Origin: Piromyces finnis finn
Lineage: Eukaryota; Fungi; Neocallimastigomycota
Assembly (NCBI GenBank): GCA_002104945.1
Contig: MCFH01000064.1
Coordinates: 186,001 to 250,000, forward strand
Direction of reading: 5' to 3'
DNA: 64,000 nucleotides
Position 1 is the first letter of the stretch. Each line of letters starts with the position of its first letter. Below the pieces are notes generated by a model. It was not told the origin of the DNA. It searched no databases and saw only the letters and a list, made by a program, of their open reading frames with translations. This document shows positions 34,701 through 46,785 of the stretch, piece after piece. A program made the position numbers and the translations under genes.

Positions 34701-37700
34701 ATAATAATATTTTCGAAAACGCAACTCTTAAGGATGGTTTTGCAGGGGATCGCAGGTATCTGAAGGGTTTCTTAGCTAAGGTGGAGCTAGTGTTTATGCT
34801 ATATCCTGAACGGTATCAAGACGACGCAACCAAAATTCTCTATATAATATCAAGACTTTATGGGGACGCTATGAATTGGGCTGCTACTCTTATAAACAAC
34901 CATGATCCGTGTCTTAATAACTACCAAGCTTTTGTTGACAGGTTTAAGGCTTTTTATGGATATAACGATGCTACTTATGTTGCAAATCAAATGCTTAGAA
35001 CCTTAAAACAACGCCAATTAGGAGGAATTAGAGGATATATCTTGGAATTTAACCGCTATGCTGATGAATCAAACTGGAATGAACAAGCCAAAATGGATGC
35101 ATTTATAGCTGGTCTTAATCAACAAGTTGCCGTTCGTATTTTGGAAATGTTTCCGGGTCCTAGGGATCTTCTTTCATTACAGACTATTGCTTCAAGAATC
35201 GATTCAAGATTATCTACACATCATACCTTTTTCCCTTCTGGTTCAAACAATAACCAAAACCGAAAGAAAAGATCTTTTCATCACTCTTCAAAAATAACAA
35301 AGTCCATTACAAACAGGAATAACCATGGCCCTATCTCAAACGAAGAAAAGGAAAGAAGAAAGAAAGAAAATCTTTGTGTGTATTGTGGTGCTTCAAGTCA
35401 TAAGCTTAATAATTGTCCAAAAAGAAAGAATAAAGATCGTGAAAATCCTTCACTAATATCTATTCCCACACTTATATCCGCTCCTAAAGAAGAAAACAAA
35501 ACTCATAATAAAATGACAACTAAATTTAAACTTTCTTATGAACTAAATACGGATATTCTTATTGACTCAGGATCCAAACTTAATTTAATTGATGTAGATT
35601 ACTGTAACGATAATAACATTCCTTATCATGATGATGGTAACCTCCCAAATATCGTTGGTATCGGTGGTCGACAATCTCTTTTTGGAATTACATCTCCTTT
35701 GAATCTTCGCTACAAAGATCATCTCTGTCGAACACAATTCTATGTAACTGATCTACCTTATTATCCTTGTATTCTTGGAATAGACTGGCTTAAAGAACAC
35801 AATCCTTCTATCGATTTCACAAAGAACAAAATTTCATTTGTATCCGATTACTGTTATAATCGTTGTATAACACTCTCCAATAATGTCCCTGAATTTCCTG
35901 AAGAAAGATCTGCTTTTCCTGCAATGGAAGATCCTTCCTACGAACCTCCGCATGATTCATTCGCTTACCCTATATTTGTCGATAAACAAAACATCCAATC
36001 TCAAAACGAAACTAATCGTACTTGTACTATTCTCTGTTCGGGTTCTTCAAAAAATATTAACAATTCTGTTTCTAAGAAGTCTTCTGTTAACTTTTCTACT
36101 TCGTCTCTCTCAAATCAAGAACCAACTTCTGTTTTGACTTCTTTTTCTGATTCTAATATTCAATCCAATTCTATTCTCAAATCCGATTCAAACTCTAAAT
36201 CAGAACCCAATTCTTCTATTATACTTCCGGATGTTCTCTCTGACTTTGCTGATGTCTTCAATGAATCTAATGCTGAAAAACTTCCTCCACACCGTCCATA
36301 CGATTGTGAAATAAAACTCAAAGAAAATTCAAAACTGTTTTATGGACCGATTTATCCTCTAACAGAAACCGAATCAATTGCTTTAGAAGAATATATAAAA
36401 GAAAATCTCAAGAAAGGATTTATTAGAAAATCAAAATCGCCTGCGGGAGCTCCTATTCTGTTTGTACCTAAGAAAAACGGTCAACTTCGTATGTGTGTTG
36501 ACTATCGCCAATTAAACTCCATAACTATTCGTGATTCTTATCCCCTTCCTCTTATACAAGATATGCTTGAACATCTTGGAAAAGGGAAGATTTTCTCAAA
36601 ATTGGATCTTCGTTCTGCCTATAACTTGGTCAGGATTAAAAGTGGTGATGAATATAAAACCGCTTTTACTTGCAAGTTAGGTCATTTTGAATACTGTGTG
36701 ATGCCTTTTGGGTTGAAAAATGCACCTGCTGTTTTTCAACATTTCATTAATGATGTTCTTGAAGACGTTCTTGGTAAATTCGCTTTCTCTTACATAGATG
36801 ATATTATTATTTTTTCCTCTGATTATAAATCTCATATATCTCATGTCAAAACTGTTTTGAAACACCTGAGGGATGCTGGGCTCTATGCTAAATTGGAAAA
36901 ATGCGAGTTCTTTGTTTCTTTTATTGATTTCCTTGGTCATAGGATTTCTACTGATGGTATTCACATGGACCCAAATAAAGTTTCTTCTATTTTAAACTGG
37001 CCTACTCCATCTAATGTTAAAGAGGTTCAATCTTTTCTTGGTCTTGCGAACTACTACCGTCGATTTATTCCAAATTTTGCAAAGATCGCTCATCCTTTGC
37101 ATAAACTTTTGAAGAAAAATGTTAAATTTGTATGGTCTAAAGAAGCTCAAGATGCTTTCGATTCACTCAAGTCCTTATTTGTTTCTGCTCCTGTTCTTAT
37201 ATTTCCTAATCGTGAACTTCCATTCATAGTCGAAACTGATTCAAGTAACTTTGCCATTGGTGCTATTCTCTCGCAAGTCTCTCCAATTGATAATATGACC
37301 CATCCAGTTGCTTTCTTTTCTCGCTCTCTTACTGGTCCTGAACGTAATTATCCAATATATGATAAAGAGCTCTTAGCTATCGTTGCTGCTCTTGAAACAT
37401 GGCGTCATCTACTTAAAGGCTCTTCTTCTACTTTTAAGATTTACTCGGATCATCGAAATTTACTCTATCAAAAGAAACCTGAAAAAATGTCTCAACGTCT
37501 TGTTCGCTGGGCTTTGTTTCTCTCTGAATTTAACTTTGTTATTATTTATCGTTCTGGTTCTTCTAACGGTAAGCCTGATGCCCTATCTCGTCGTCCTGAT
37601 TATGCTATCAATTCGAATTCCTCTTCTGATGTTCCTTTTAATGTTCTTCGCCCTGAAAACTTTTGTGCCATTGTGACTTCTGTTTCGTCCATTAGTGATT

Positions 37701-40700
37701 CTTTTCTTTCCGAATATATAAATGATGACTTTTACAATAAAATCTGTGAATATCTTGATTGTAGGAAACCTCCAATACCTCACCCTCAAATTGACAAATT
37801 TTCCTTAAGCAATAGTTTTCTCCTTTTTACTGACAGAATCTATGTTCCTCCAAATTGTCGTCTTTCAATTCTTAAACTCTGTCACGACTCTCCTTCAGCT
37901 GGTCATTTCGGAATAAAGAAAACATCTTCTCTTATTGCTAGAGACTTCTGGTGGCCTTCTATTTCTTCTGATGTTAAAGACTACGTTCGTTCTTGTGAAG
38001 TTTGTTGTCGTTCAAAAACCTTTCGTCATAAACCTTATGGTCTTCTGAATCCTCTTGATATTGCTGAGCGTCCTTGGTCATCCATTTCAATGGATTTCAT
38101 TACAGATTTGCCTTCATCTTCTGGTTTCACTTGCATTCTTGTTGTTGTTGATCGTCTTACAAAAATGGTTCATCTCATTCCGTTCAAAAGTATTCCTTCC
38201 GCCGCCGAAACAGCCACAACCTTTATTGATAATATTTTCCGTTTTCATGGCCTACCTGAATCTATTGTCTCGGATAGAGGTTCTCAATTTACCTCTAAAT
38301 TCTTCCAATCCATCTGTTCCTCCCTTGGCATTGAACTTAAGTTGTCTACTCCATTTCATCATCAATCAAACGGTCAGACGGAGAGGGTGAACTCCGTTAT
38401 AGAACAATATTTAAGATGTTTCTCAAATTATAAAGGTTCAAATTGGAAAAGTTTTCTTAGTCTTGCAGAATTTAGTTATAACAACGTGGTCCAAGAATCA
38501 TCCAAATTTTCTCCATTCTTTTTGAATTACGGCTTTCATCCAAAATATTCACCAGTTATTCCAGACTTATCTAAAGTCCCAAGAGCAGAAGAGTTTACAA
38601 GAGATTTTAAAACTTTAATTAATACCTTAAAAGAAAATTTAAAATCTGCCATGGAAACCCAGAAGAAGCATGCTGACAAACGTAGAAAAGAAGCTCCGAA
38701 TTTTAAAGTTGGTGACAAAGTTTGGCTGGATAGTTCTTTAATTATCCACAAAGGAAATAAAAAATTTAAGCCAAGAAAACTCGGCCCATACAAAATCTTG
38801 GAAAAAATATCAAATGTTACATTTAAATTAAGTCTCCCAAAATCTATTAAGATTCATCCAGTTATTCATGTATCCAATCTCGAGAAATATGTCGAAGATA
38901 AATTTGGAAGATCTCAACCACCACCGCCACCTATTACCGTTGACAATGAAGAAGAATACGAAGTTGAAGAAATTCTGAATAAAAGAAGACATTACGGAAA
39001 AATACAATACCTGATTAAATGGAAAGGGTATTCAATCAATGAAGCTTCGTGGGAGCCTGAAGAAAATCTAAATTGCAAGGGGCTACTTAAAAAATTTAAT
39101 AGAAAGAAATAAAAAATAGTTAAAAAATTCAAATTATATTTATTATTAATATTAAAATCACAATTATTATTATTATCAAAACTTATTAATATCATTATCA
39201 ATATCAATTTTATTATTAAACAATTTATTAATATCAAATTTATCAATATTTTATTTTTAACTTTAGTAATATTAAAAAAAAAAAAAAAAAAAAAAAATGT
39301 ATTTTATTATATTAAATGTATTTTTATAATTAAGAAAATTCACTCCTTAGTTTAGTTTATTAAAAAAGAAAAACATATATTTAAATATTAAAATTCTAGA
39401 TTCGTCTGGTATCCGAATCCTGGAGGAGGACCATGTAATGAATACTAGAAATAACTAAATTGTCTTAGTGGTTAGTAGCTAAGACTTTGAGTCTGAATGA
39501 CACTAGTTCGAGACCTCATAGATACTATTTTAAAAAAATTATAATTTTATTTTATTTTATTTTATTTTTAAATTTTATTTTATATGAAGATTATTGATTG
39601 GTTAAGAATTTTAAGTTGAAAAAATTTTATAAATTAATTTAAAAAATTTTAGTATAAATACGAGTGAATTTTCCCAAATATTTTAAAGAATCGAGATTTT
39701 ATTAATAAATAATTATATTATTAAACACTAACTTATTAAGTTAAATTCTATGTGTTTTTAATGATATTTTTATAAATTAATAATTTACAGAATATTTTAA
39801 AGTGTTAATATTACTAAGTTATTTAGTAAATATTATAATTTGTTTTATTGTTAAAGACACATTTCTTTACAATTATGAGGATTATTGCTGAAGCCGTGGA
39901 CTACCGTCCTAACAGCAATCTTGCGTCTGTTTATAAAACCCTCATTAAGACTACGGGGGAGGACGCCAATACAAGCAGCAACATTAATAACAATGTTGTA
40001 GCCGCCAATAAATTGGCAAACTTGTCAATTTATAATGCCGGGATTATATCAGCGGCTGAAAAGCTAAATGCTGATACTTACCTTATGATCATTCAAAATG
40101 TGGATGAGAAGATCCTCAGAGAGATTGGTCATAGTTCCAATAGTTACCAAGTATTCAAAAAGTTGAATACAAAATACGGTAACGCCAATGCAGACATTGA
40201 ATACTGGCTAAAGAAGTTAAGAAAATTACATACAGAAGATGTAAGCAAAGTCAGTAAAACAATCGATAAAATCAAGGAAATCTTCCTTGAGATGTCTGAA
40301 TTAAAAATGTCCTTAAGTGAAAGGGAAAAACTAAAATATATGTACAATTCCCTTCCAAGAAGTGTCAAGAACCAAGTAAGTGTAACCTTAGATGAAACTT
40401 ATGATCAGCTCTATGAGAAGGTCAAAAGTTATATCAACGCCAAATCCTACTTCGAAGATTGGACCAACAACGACCAAGATGAAGATGACGAAGTTGATGA
40501 TCCAATGGATGTTGATTTTGTTAGTAGAGAAAACAAATCAACAAAGAATAAAAGCTACGGTAATAGAAGAAATATAAACAGAAGCCACCGTACCTACTGC
40601 CATATCTGTTGTGAACATGGACACTCTACCGAAATGTGTGAATACAACCAAAAGGCCAAAATGGAAAGGGACCAAAGAAAAAACAACAACAGGGCCTTTA

Positions 40701-43700
40701 ACCAAAGTAAACAAAAGAGAAATTCACAACAAGGGAGGCAAGTTCACAAGAAAAAACAACAAAAGAAATTCGAACAAGAAGTAGATTTCGTCGAAGACTA
40801 TGACGATAATGAAAATTATGGAATTAACGTAGAATTCGAAGATATCAGACCTCTGACAGAAAGAAATATCTACCTAATTGAAAAGGATGAAGTTACAGAG
40901 GAAGACACTCCTAACACAAAGGATATAGATTATGTGTATGGAGAAAATAAATACGACGAATGGTTCTATGATACTGGTGCCGCCGAACATATCGTTAATA
41001 ATAAGGACATTCTAGAGAACTTCACAGAAGAGCACATTCAACTTAGATGTGCAAATGGAACTACATGTGAATTTAGTGGTTATGGTTCATATGAGTTTAA
41101 GGTAAAAGACAAAACTTACAAGTTAGAAAAAGTTTTGTACTCAGACAAAGTTAGCAAGAATTTAATTAGTGGTGTAGGACTTGCTAAAGTTGGTTTAAGA
41201 AGCATTATAGATATTACTGATGATGGAAAAGTCAGGCTTATTTTCAAGGACTCTGAAAATAAAAATATAATGCAAACGTATTCAAATGAATTAAACCAAT
41301 TTAAAATTAAGCTCATAAACATTGATAAAAAGATAAATGAACCATTTATTGCAAAATTTGAAGATGATTTAGGTATATGGCATAAGAGATTAGGCCATTT
41401 CTACCAGAAGGATCTGAAGAAATACCTAAAACAACATAAAATTAAAGTAACTCCTTGCCTAGACTGTAAAATATCTAAAATGAAGAAGTCTCCACATAAC
41501 AAAACTGTACCCAAAGCCGGAAGAGTTCTAGAGACTATTCACTCCGATATTTCAGGCCCGTTTAATTCATCCGTCAATAATAAGAAGTATTTTATGACTA
41601 TGCTGGATGAATACTCAAGAAAACTCTGGATTTATACTCTCAAGTCAAGGTCTGAGGCACCGGACATTATTATTGAATTCCTAAAGAATGCCAATAATAC
41701 TTTTGACAAATATAAAGTCAAAACATTCAAGACAGATGGTGCAAAAGAGTATAATAGTAGTAAAGTTATAAAATATTGTAAGGAAAACGGTATATCTAAG
41801 ATAAATTCACCTCCTTACATACATGAATTAAATGGTAAAGCAGAAAGAATAAACCAAACAATTCAAAATTCTACTAAAACGCTTTTATATTGGGCTAAAT
41901 TATCTGAAGACTTTTGGAGTTTTGCTGTTAAATATTCTTGTTATATTTACAACAAAATACCACACCAAGGAAACGATAACTTAATTCCTGATGAAGTGTT
42001 TACGAACGAGGAAGCCGATCTAAAATACCTAAAGGTATTTGGATGCATATGCTACTTTAAGGACTATTCTCTTAAAAAGTCAAAATTCGCGCCTGTAACG
42101 AAATATTATAATAATAAACACACACACTCTAATGTATCAAATATATATGTATTTTTTTTTAATAATGTTTATTTATTAAATTTATTATTATAATACGACT
42201 AACTCGCTAGGTCAGTGTATTATCAAACTAAAGACGAAACAAAAAAACTAATTTTTATTAATTATTAATAAAAACACTAAAGAACTATTTTATCTTTCTT
42301 ATTCTCTCTTTTATACATGAAAATTATTTTTTTTTTTTTGTTTTTTTTAATACAATTTGATAAGTGAATTAATTACTTAATGATTGGTTATAAAAATATA
42401 ATTATGAAATTTTCATTAATCTAACCTTAATGATTTTCTAGTCTAACCCTTATCATTAGATATACCTCATTACAGCGCCTAACTCGAAGGAAGGAATATT
42501 TCTTGGGCTCAGTGAAGCACATCACTCATATATCGTCATGGAGATATGTGGTGATAAACTTAAAATCCACTATTCTAGGGAAATAGAATGCTGTGAAGAT
42601 AAGCCGGCACATTATAATTATAAAAATAAAAATATAAACGATCCGTATTTCTCTTTCAATGATTCATATAATATCAATAATTACGACAGAAAGGACCCCT
42701 CAGAATCATCAAAGAACAACAACAATACGGATACAAATTCAATCATAAATAAAGAAAATAATAACACAGAAAGGACTACTTCCAAGAAAATGGTGAATAT
42801 CCACTCCAAATATAAAGACGAAGAGATAACTACCAAAGAAAAAGAAGAAACTAATATAAGGACTAATATTAATTCCAAAATTGAAGAAAATTCAAAAAAC
42901 AATTTAAACAGTAATTTAAAAAGCGACACTCAAACCAATAACAAAAATAATAATTCAAATTCGAAATTTAATAAAAATAAATTTACAAATGACATTTTAA
43001 AAGTTTTAGAAGAAATTGCAAATGACAATTGCAATTTCGAAAAGAAAAATTACAAAATTTCTAATAATATTGACGAAAATAATAAATACCAATATCCTGT
43101 AACTCCTGGTCCTGATTACGTTTGTTATGGTAATACTCTTGCCGACAAAAACAAAAATGAAATCATTAAAAATCCTGAATATTATAAAAATTCTCCTACT
43201 GAATATTCTACCACCGAAAATATTTCCTATACCAAAAATACTGGTGAAAATACTACTGAATATCCTAATACTGATCATAGTGAAAAAAATTTTATTAATA
43301 AAAATTTTTCAAAAATTCAAATTAAGAATGAAGACATTCTATTGGATGATAAACCAAATAATCCACGTCATAATTCTAGCAAAAATTCTAACGTTACACA
43401 GGATAATTCTACCTACTCTGATAATATTCACATTGATGATACTAAAAATTTAAATTCAAAAATTTCTGATTCTCCTGATATGACACGTGATTCCCATTCT
43501 TATATTTCAGATGACAATAAATCTATGGATGATCCTGATCCAAACTTGGAAGATGAAAATGATATCATGGATGATATCATGGCCGATAAATCTGATGATT
43601 CCTACCATCCTGAAAGAAAAAGGCCTTGCAGTCCTACCTCTCTGAATAATTCCAGTACTCCTAAGAAGCACAAAAACAAATTTATAGCTACCGTTTTTAC

Positions 43701-45222
43701 TGATGCTCCCACTACGTACAAAGAAGCTATGTCTTGTACGAATTCTAAATATTGGAAAGCAGCCATTCAAGATGAATTAAATAATTTATATTCTAACAAA
43801 ATTATGTCCCTGGTTAAAAATATCCCAAAAAACAAGAATATTATATCTACCAAATGGGTTTTTGCTGTTAAAAGGGACAGCAATAATAATATTGTACGTT
43901 TTAAAGCTAGACTTGTCGCTAGAGGTTTCCGTCAAAAACAAGGTATTGATTTTGACTTAACCTATTCCCCTACATTAAATATTGACAGTCTAAAATTTAT
44001 TATTGCTATTGCTGCAAAATTTAAGTGGGATATATATCAGCTTGATATAAAAGCTGCCTACCTCAATGCTCCATTGGATACAGATATTTATACCACAATT
44101 CCGCTTGGAGATAGCAACTTTGGGGGAGGATACTGGAAGCTGAATAAAGCTCTCTATGGTTTAAAACAATCAGGAAGACAATGGAATAAAACAATAGATA
44201 AATTCCTGAAAAATAATAACTTTAAACCATTAAAATCCGAACCATGTATTTATACGTTAAAAGAAAATAAATACGTAAAATGTATAATTGGTCTATATGT
44301 AGACGACATGGTTATAATTGGAAAAACAAATACAATAGAGAGAGTAATAAGCAAAATTAAAAGTAGATTTAAAATATCAAATAGCGGCCCTATTAGTTAC
44401 ATTCTAGGAATAAAGATTGAAAAGAAAGGATCCAAATACATTATTTCCCAAGAGAATTACATTAATAATGTATTACAAAGATTTCATATGGAAAACGTAC
44501 GTAGAAGAAATACGCCATGTACAACAACCGACAAGAACACCTCAAATAATAACCAATTTGATAAAACAAAATATAAAAGTGCAATAGGTGCATTAATATA
44601 TCTGTCAAAATGTACAAGACCGGATATAGCGTTTGCAGTAAACAAAGCTGCAAGAAAATCTGAAAATCCAACAGTATCTGACTGGAATACAATTGTAAAT
44701 ATTTTCAGATACATATCTACTACCAAACATTACAAAATCGAATACAGTGGAGAAGGAAAAATACAAGGATACACTGATTCGGACTACGGAGGCGCAGAAG
44801 ACTTTAAATCTACCTCTGGAGGGATAATCCTAATGGGAAATAGCCCAATATGCTGGTTATCCAAGAAACAAACTTGTGTGGCAACATCTACCGCTGAGGC
44901 TGAGTACATTAGTACGTCCATGAATACGAAGAAAATCTTATGGATCAAAAACATGGTGGACGAAATTTTTAATTACAACAAAAATATAACTTTATTCACC
45001 GACAACAAAGCAAGCAAGAAAATAATAGAAAACGGTGAAATAAACACAAAGTTAAAACACATAAATATACACTACCACTTCATTATTGACAACATAGAAA
45101 AGAACAATATAAAAATCGAATATGTAAATACTAAAGAAATGTTAGCTGACCCTCTAACTAAAGATCTACCTGGTCCAAGAATGTTTGATTATACAAATAA
45201 GATATTCTTAAAGAAAATCTAA
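20901..45222 (+). CDS. Copia gag-pol polyprotein split by insertions: 20901-21100 + 39877-42093 + 42480-45222 = 1719 aa
   Basis: Removing each insert plus one TSD copy restores one frame (EYNMAI/MRIIAE and [15 protein letters not shown]). Motifs: [14 protein letters not shown] knuckle, [10 protein letters not shown] protease, WHKRLGH and IHSDISGP integrase, KARLVARGF and LYVDDM RT, YTDSDYG and ADPLTK RNase H. Confidence 0.92.
21111..21742. mobile_element. 632-bp non-coding TG..CA element E (probable solo LTR of another family), 4-bp TSD
   Basis: Ends TGATAA...TTATCA. GAAT is duplicated at 21107-21110 and 21743-21746. It interrupts LTR C at nucleotide 10, as shown by the intact 3' LTR (TGTAATGAATACTAG). 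Confidence 0.8.
22331..26530 (+). CDS. Chromovirus A single-ORF gag-pol (1399 aa): Gag, CCHC, PR, RT, RNase H, IN, chromodomain
   Basis: [46 protein letters not shown]; C-terminal [31 protein letters not shown]. Confidence 0.96.
26821..26884 (-). other. tRNA-derived A/B-box segment, antisense within the 3' UTR of element A
   Basis: Minus strand GGTGTGGTACAATGGTCGAGTAGTTGGCAATGAACTAGAAGGTTGCGGGTTCGAAGTCGGGG: A box TGGTACAATGG, B box GGTTCGAAGTC, tRNA spacing, no intact cloverleaf. Confidence 0.65.
28203..34331 (-). mobile_element. Ty3/gypsy chromovirus B inserted in the 5' UTR of element C
   Basis: 409-bp LTRs at 33923-34331 and 28203-28611 appear identical. TSD CTACG at 28198-28202 and 34332-34336. 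PPT TGGAGGAGGA on the minus strand. Confidence 0.97.
28855..33219 (-). CDS. Chromovirus B single-ORF gag-pol (1454 aa) with chromodomain
   Basis: [27 protein letters not shown], integrase [31 protein letters not shown]. Confidence 0.96.
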   Translation of the reverse strand: MEGQIFDNASLKDGFAGDRKYLKGFLAKIELVFLLYPERYQDEESKVIYLISRLYGNALNWAATLIDNHDPCLTNYQAFKERLKAFYGNNDAVYVANQMLRTLKQHRLGGIRGYILEFNKYSDESNWNEEAKMDAFIAGLNQEVAMKILEMFPGPRDLFSLQTIAARIDSRLATRGLFFDKNTKGPSSNSSNGSRKASTNLKEHPKKKRYFGPLSKEEKERRSKENLCVYCGSPGHQLKDCHKRRNKNSAFESLVSLQNNSTNSKKNQQDRVTSNFKLSFELDTKILIDSGSTLNLIDVDYCNDHNIPYHYEEDLPNVFGIGGSQKLFGVTPLLNLRYMDHLCRTVFYVTDLPVYPCILGLRWLKEHNPSIDFENNKLSFGSSYCLDHCMTLPSNVPEFHQETSVFSTDCNNSSSVSLPIFIDKPKSSFSNSKLSHSRNPKENRSKSVLINNESVNDPLSQETCTVMASNISLSKVDSCSPKNSFKDSNPTTKLPKELESYMDVFSESSAAQLPPHRPYDCQINLIENAKLFYGPIYPLTDEETRVLKDYIDENLKKGFIRKSKSPAGAPVLFVPKKNGELRLCQDYRELNKITIRDSYPLPLIQDMLEHLGKAKIFSKLDLRSAYNLVRIKKGDEYKTAFTCKFGHFEYLVMPFGLKNAPAVFQHFINDVLENILGIFVYSYIDDLIIFSENHKSHIKHVIEVLDRLRNAGLYAKLEKCEFFVSSIDFLGHRISSEGIHMDPNKVSAIINWPVPSSVKEVQSFIGLANYYRRFIPNFAKVAQPLHRLLRKNVKFDFSSEALDAFNTIKSLISSAPILSHPNRDLPFIVETDSSNFAIGAVLSQKSPDDKMIHPVAFYSRSLTSAERNYPIYDKELLAIVNALETWRHFLKGALTPFTIYSDHRNLLYQKKPEKMSQRLVRWALFLSEFNFKILYRSGSSNGKPDALSRRPDYMDSSLPSDAPFSVLRPENFCALICSISSLNDEILSEYVNDSFYIDICNFLENKNLPAPHPQSNKFSLSNSFLLFDSRIYVPLKCRPSVLKLCHDSPSAGHFGIRKTISLISRDFWWPSISIDVKNYIRSCEICCRSKPSRHKPYGLLQPLEISDHPWASISMDFITDLPPSDGFNTILVVVDRLTKMCHLIPFKGIPSASDTAFAFLNYIFKIHGLPSEIISDRGAQFTSKFWKSICQSLDVNVKYSSPYHHQSNGQTERVNSVVEQYLRCFSNYKGTNWINFLPLAEFSYNNAVQDSTKFSPFFLNYGYHPKYSPVIPDQTNVPRAEEFTRDFEDLMEKLKENLKKAIQVQKKYADKYRQEPPTFKTGDKVWLDSSLIIHKGNKKFNPRKLGPFRIISKISNLTYKLELPKSLKIYPIVHVSNLEPYYEDSFGRIKDPPPPIIVNEEEEYEVEEILDKRKHYGKIQYLIKWKGYPLSEASWEPESNLNCDELIKNFNNSH
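34670..39112 (+). CDS. Chromovirus C single-ORF gag-pol (1480 aa) with chromodomain
   Basis: [27 protein letters not shown], integrase [31 protein letters not shown]. Confidence 0.96.
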   Translation: MEENENNHMDNNNIFENATLKDGFAGDRRYLKGFLAKVELVFMLYPERYQDDATKILYIISRLYGDAMNWAATLINNHDPCLNNYQAFVDRFKAFYGYNDATYVANQMLRTLKQRQLGGIRGYILEFNRYADESNWNEQAKMDAFIAGLNQQVAVRILEMFPGPRDLLSLQTIASRIDSRLSTHHTFFPSGSNNNQNRKKRSFHHSSKITKSITNRNNHGPISNEEKERRKKENLCVYCGASSHKLNNCPKRKNKDRENPSLISIPTLISAPKEENKTHNKMTTKFKLSYELNTDILIDSGSKLNLIDVDYCNDNNIPYHDDGNLPNIVGIGGRQSLFGITSPLNLRYKDHLCRTQFYVTDLPYYPCILGIDWLKEHNPSIDFTKNKISFVSDYCYNRCITLSNNVPEFPEERSAFPAMEDPSYEPPHDSFAYPIFVDKQNIQSQNETNRTCTILCSGSSKNINNSVSKKSSVNFSTSSLSNQEPTSVLTSFSDSNIQSNSILKSDSNSKSEPNSSIILPDVLSDFADVFNESNAEKLPPHRPYDCEIKLKENSKLFYGPIYPLTETESIALEEYIKENLKKGFIRKSKSPAGAPILFVPKKNGQLRMCVDYRQLNSITIRDSYPLPLIQDMLEHLGKGKIFSKLDLRSAYNLVRIKSGDEYKTAFTCKLGHFEYCVMPFGLKNAPAVFQHFINDVLEDVLGKFAFSYIDDIIIFSSDYKSHISHVKTVLKHLRDAGLYAKLEKCEFFVSFIDFLGHRISTDGIHMDPNKVSSILNWPTPSNVKEVQSFLGLANYYRRFIPNFAKIAHPLHKLLKKNVKFVWSKEAQDAFDSLKSLFVSAPVLIFPNRELPFIVETDSSNFAIGAILSQVSPIDNMTHPVAFFSRSLTGPERNYPIYDKELLAIVAALETWRHLLKGSSSTFKIYSDHRNLLYQKKPEKMSQRLVRWALFLSEFNFVIIYRSGSSNGKPDALSRRPDYAINSNSSSDVPFNVLRPENFCAIVTSVSSISDSFLSEYINDDFYNKICEYLDCRKPPIPHPQIDKFSLSNSFLLFTDRIYVPPNCRLSILKLCHDSPSAGHFGIKKTSSLIARDFWWPSISSDVKDYVRSCEVCCRSKTFRHKPYGLLNPLDIAERPWSSISMDFITDLPSSSGFTCILVVVDRLTKMVHLIPFKSIPSAAETATTFIDNIFRFHGLPESIVSDRGSQFTSKFFQSICSSLGIELKLSTPFHHQSNGQTERVNSVIEQYLRCFSNYKGSNWKSFLSLAEFSYNNVVQESSKFSPFFLNYGFHPKYSPVIPDLSKVPRAEEFTRDFKTLINTLKENLKSAMETQKKHADKRRKEAPNFKVGDKVWLDSSLIIHKGNKKFKPRKLGPYKILEKISNVTFKLSLPKSIKIHPVIHVSNLEKYVEDKFGRSQPPPPPITVDNEEEYEVEEILNKRRHYGKIQYLIKWKGYSINEASWEPEENLNCKGLLKKFNRKK
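39461..39515 (+). promoter_or_regulatory. tRNA-like Pol III A/B-box cassette in LTR U3 (also at 21764-21818 +, 28531-28584 -, 34251-34304 -)
   Basis: C: TGTCTT AGTGGTTA GTAG C TAAGA CTTTGAG TCTGA ATGAC ACTAG TTCGAGA CC. B: TGTCTT AGTGGTTA GTAA C TAAGA CCTTGGT TTGAA CTAC TCGAG TTCGAAA CC. Spacing from D-loop to T-loop is canonical. Confidence 0.6.
42094..42474 (-). mobile_element. Solo LTR of the element A family inserted in copia pol
   Basis: Reverse complement of the LTR at 26998-27369. TSD GCGCC at 42089-42093 and 42475-42479. Confidence 0.96.
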
Positions 45223-46517
45223 TTTGAGGGGGAGTGTGAACATTTATGGACACATAATTTTATTTATCTATATCATATATTTATTGCACACGTGACTATT
45301 TTATAAAAACATAAACATGTATTAAAAGTGTTGTAAACGTAATGTCTACGTGTTGTAGAGAAAGTTATTTTTTATTTATTTTATTTTATTTTTTATGGTC
45401 ACATGACCTTACATCTCATTATATAACTGTAATATTTACAATGTAACTTTTTCTCTTTGTTAACCTTATTAATAAAATTATTTATTAATTAAATTTATTT
45501 CACAATTTCAAATTTCTTACATAATTATATATCTAAATATATATTTTTTATTATTTATTATATACAGTTAATATCATAAATGTATTGAAATATTGAAATC
45601 CTTTTTATATTAATATTATTAATTGATGCTAATCTGTATGGATATATGTAAATCGTTTTTTAACCAGTTGAGTTTTGTTAAAATTGATTTTTATTTTAAA
45701 AACAAATTTATTTTGAACTTTACGAAAATAAATTCAATCCATTTGCAACACAAATTCATCCTATATTTTTATGTGTTATTAAACTTATGGCAAATATGCT
45801 AAAATAAGCCATTCATTAATAGATCTTGGGTATTTTTTTTTTTACCCTTCATTAATTTGGATATGACCAAAAAAACATTTAATTTACATTTTCAATTTTA
45901 AATTAATGATTTAATTAATATATACAATATTATATATTAAAGTATATTATTAGTAATTGCTTAATGTATTTAAATCAAAATTTTAATATTTATCCAATGA
46001 AAAAAGGTAAAGTATTATATTTCTTTATTATAGTATATGTAAAAATTAAAATACTTTCATATTTATTCATGTATACAATTGTTAGCATAATATCATGTAT
46101 TAATGTATTATGTATTATCAACATTCATTTATATTTAAAAAATTTGAATTTGTTTGTTGAGTGATATTCAATATATAAATATTATATTGAGTTCATATAT
46201 TTAATGTAATTTGATCTTTTATATAGATTTATTTTTAATTTTTTTTTTACCTCACTTATTATTACCTTTAGTTTTTTTTATAAAACTTTTTATATAAAAA
46301 TTAAGAAGGTAAGAATTATTAAAAAAATGAAAGATTTAGATTAATGAATAAATGTTTTATTTTATTTTGTTGTATATATATTTAAACAATATTTAAAAAT
46401 ATTTACTGTTAAAATCTATTTATTTAAAATGTAACATATTAAATAATTGAATTAATCTTTTATGAATTATATTTAAAGGTGTATTTTTCTTTTTTCTTTT
46501 TATTTTATTATTATTTC

Positions 46518-46552
<35 letters not shown>

Positions 46553-46785
46553 AATGTAGCTATATATTTATATATGTTTATATTACTTTTAATAGTGTAT
46601 TGCGTATATTATTAATCCTTATATTATCAAATTCTTTATATATAAAGTTTTAGTTTAAACAAGTTATAAAAGTAAATTTTTTTTTTCTTAAAATTTAAAC
46701 GTTTTCCACCCTGGCTAGAACAATTTTAAGGTTTGGGTGGTTCTCAGCCTCAAAATCATTATCTTCAAGGTCTTTTACATGGACC

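Larger units (their letters stand above)
21101..39871 (+). mobile_element. Ty3/gypsy chromovirus C (about 6.5 kb when emptied) inserted in copia gag
   Basis: TSD ATTAT at 21096-21100 and 39872-39876. The 3' LTR is 39434-39871 (438 bp). The 5' LTR is in three pieces, 21101-21110 + 21747-21904 + 27375-27644 = 438 bp, with one substitution seen. PPT TGGAGGAGGA. Confidence 0.95.
20547..45504 (+). mobile_element. Ty1/copia LTR retrotransposon D (about 5.8 kb when emptied), host of the nest
   Basis: 270-bp LTRs at 20547-20816 and 45235-45504 (TGTGAA...TTCACA) show one substitution by eye. TSD ATTTC at 20542-20546 and 45505-45509. PPT GAGGGGGAG precedes the 3' LTR. Domain order is gag-PR-IN-RT-RH. 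Confidence 0.97.

Noticed and set aside
39848-39876. Start of the 781-aa ORF (MLKTHFFT)
   Set aside because: These codons come from the end of LTR C and the TSD; the true gag start is at 20901.
46700-46755. TPP riboswitch (GCTGAGA on the minus strand)
   Set aside because: Wrong strand for the trp cluster, and the remaining conserved TPP core is absent.
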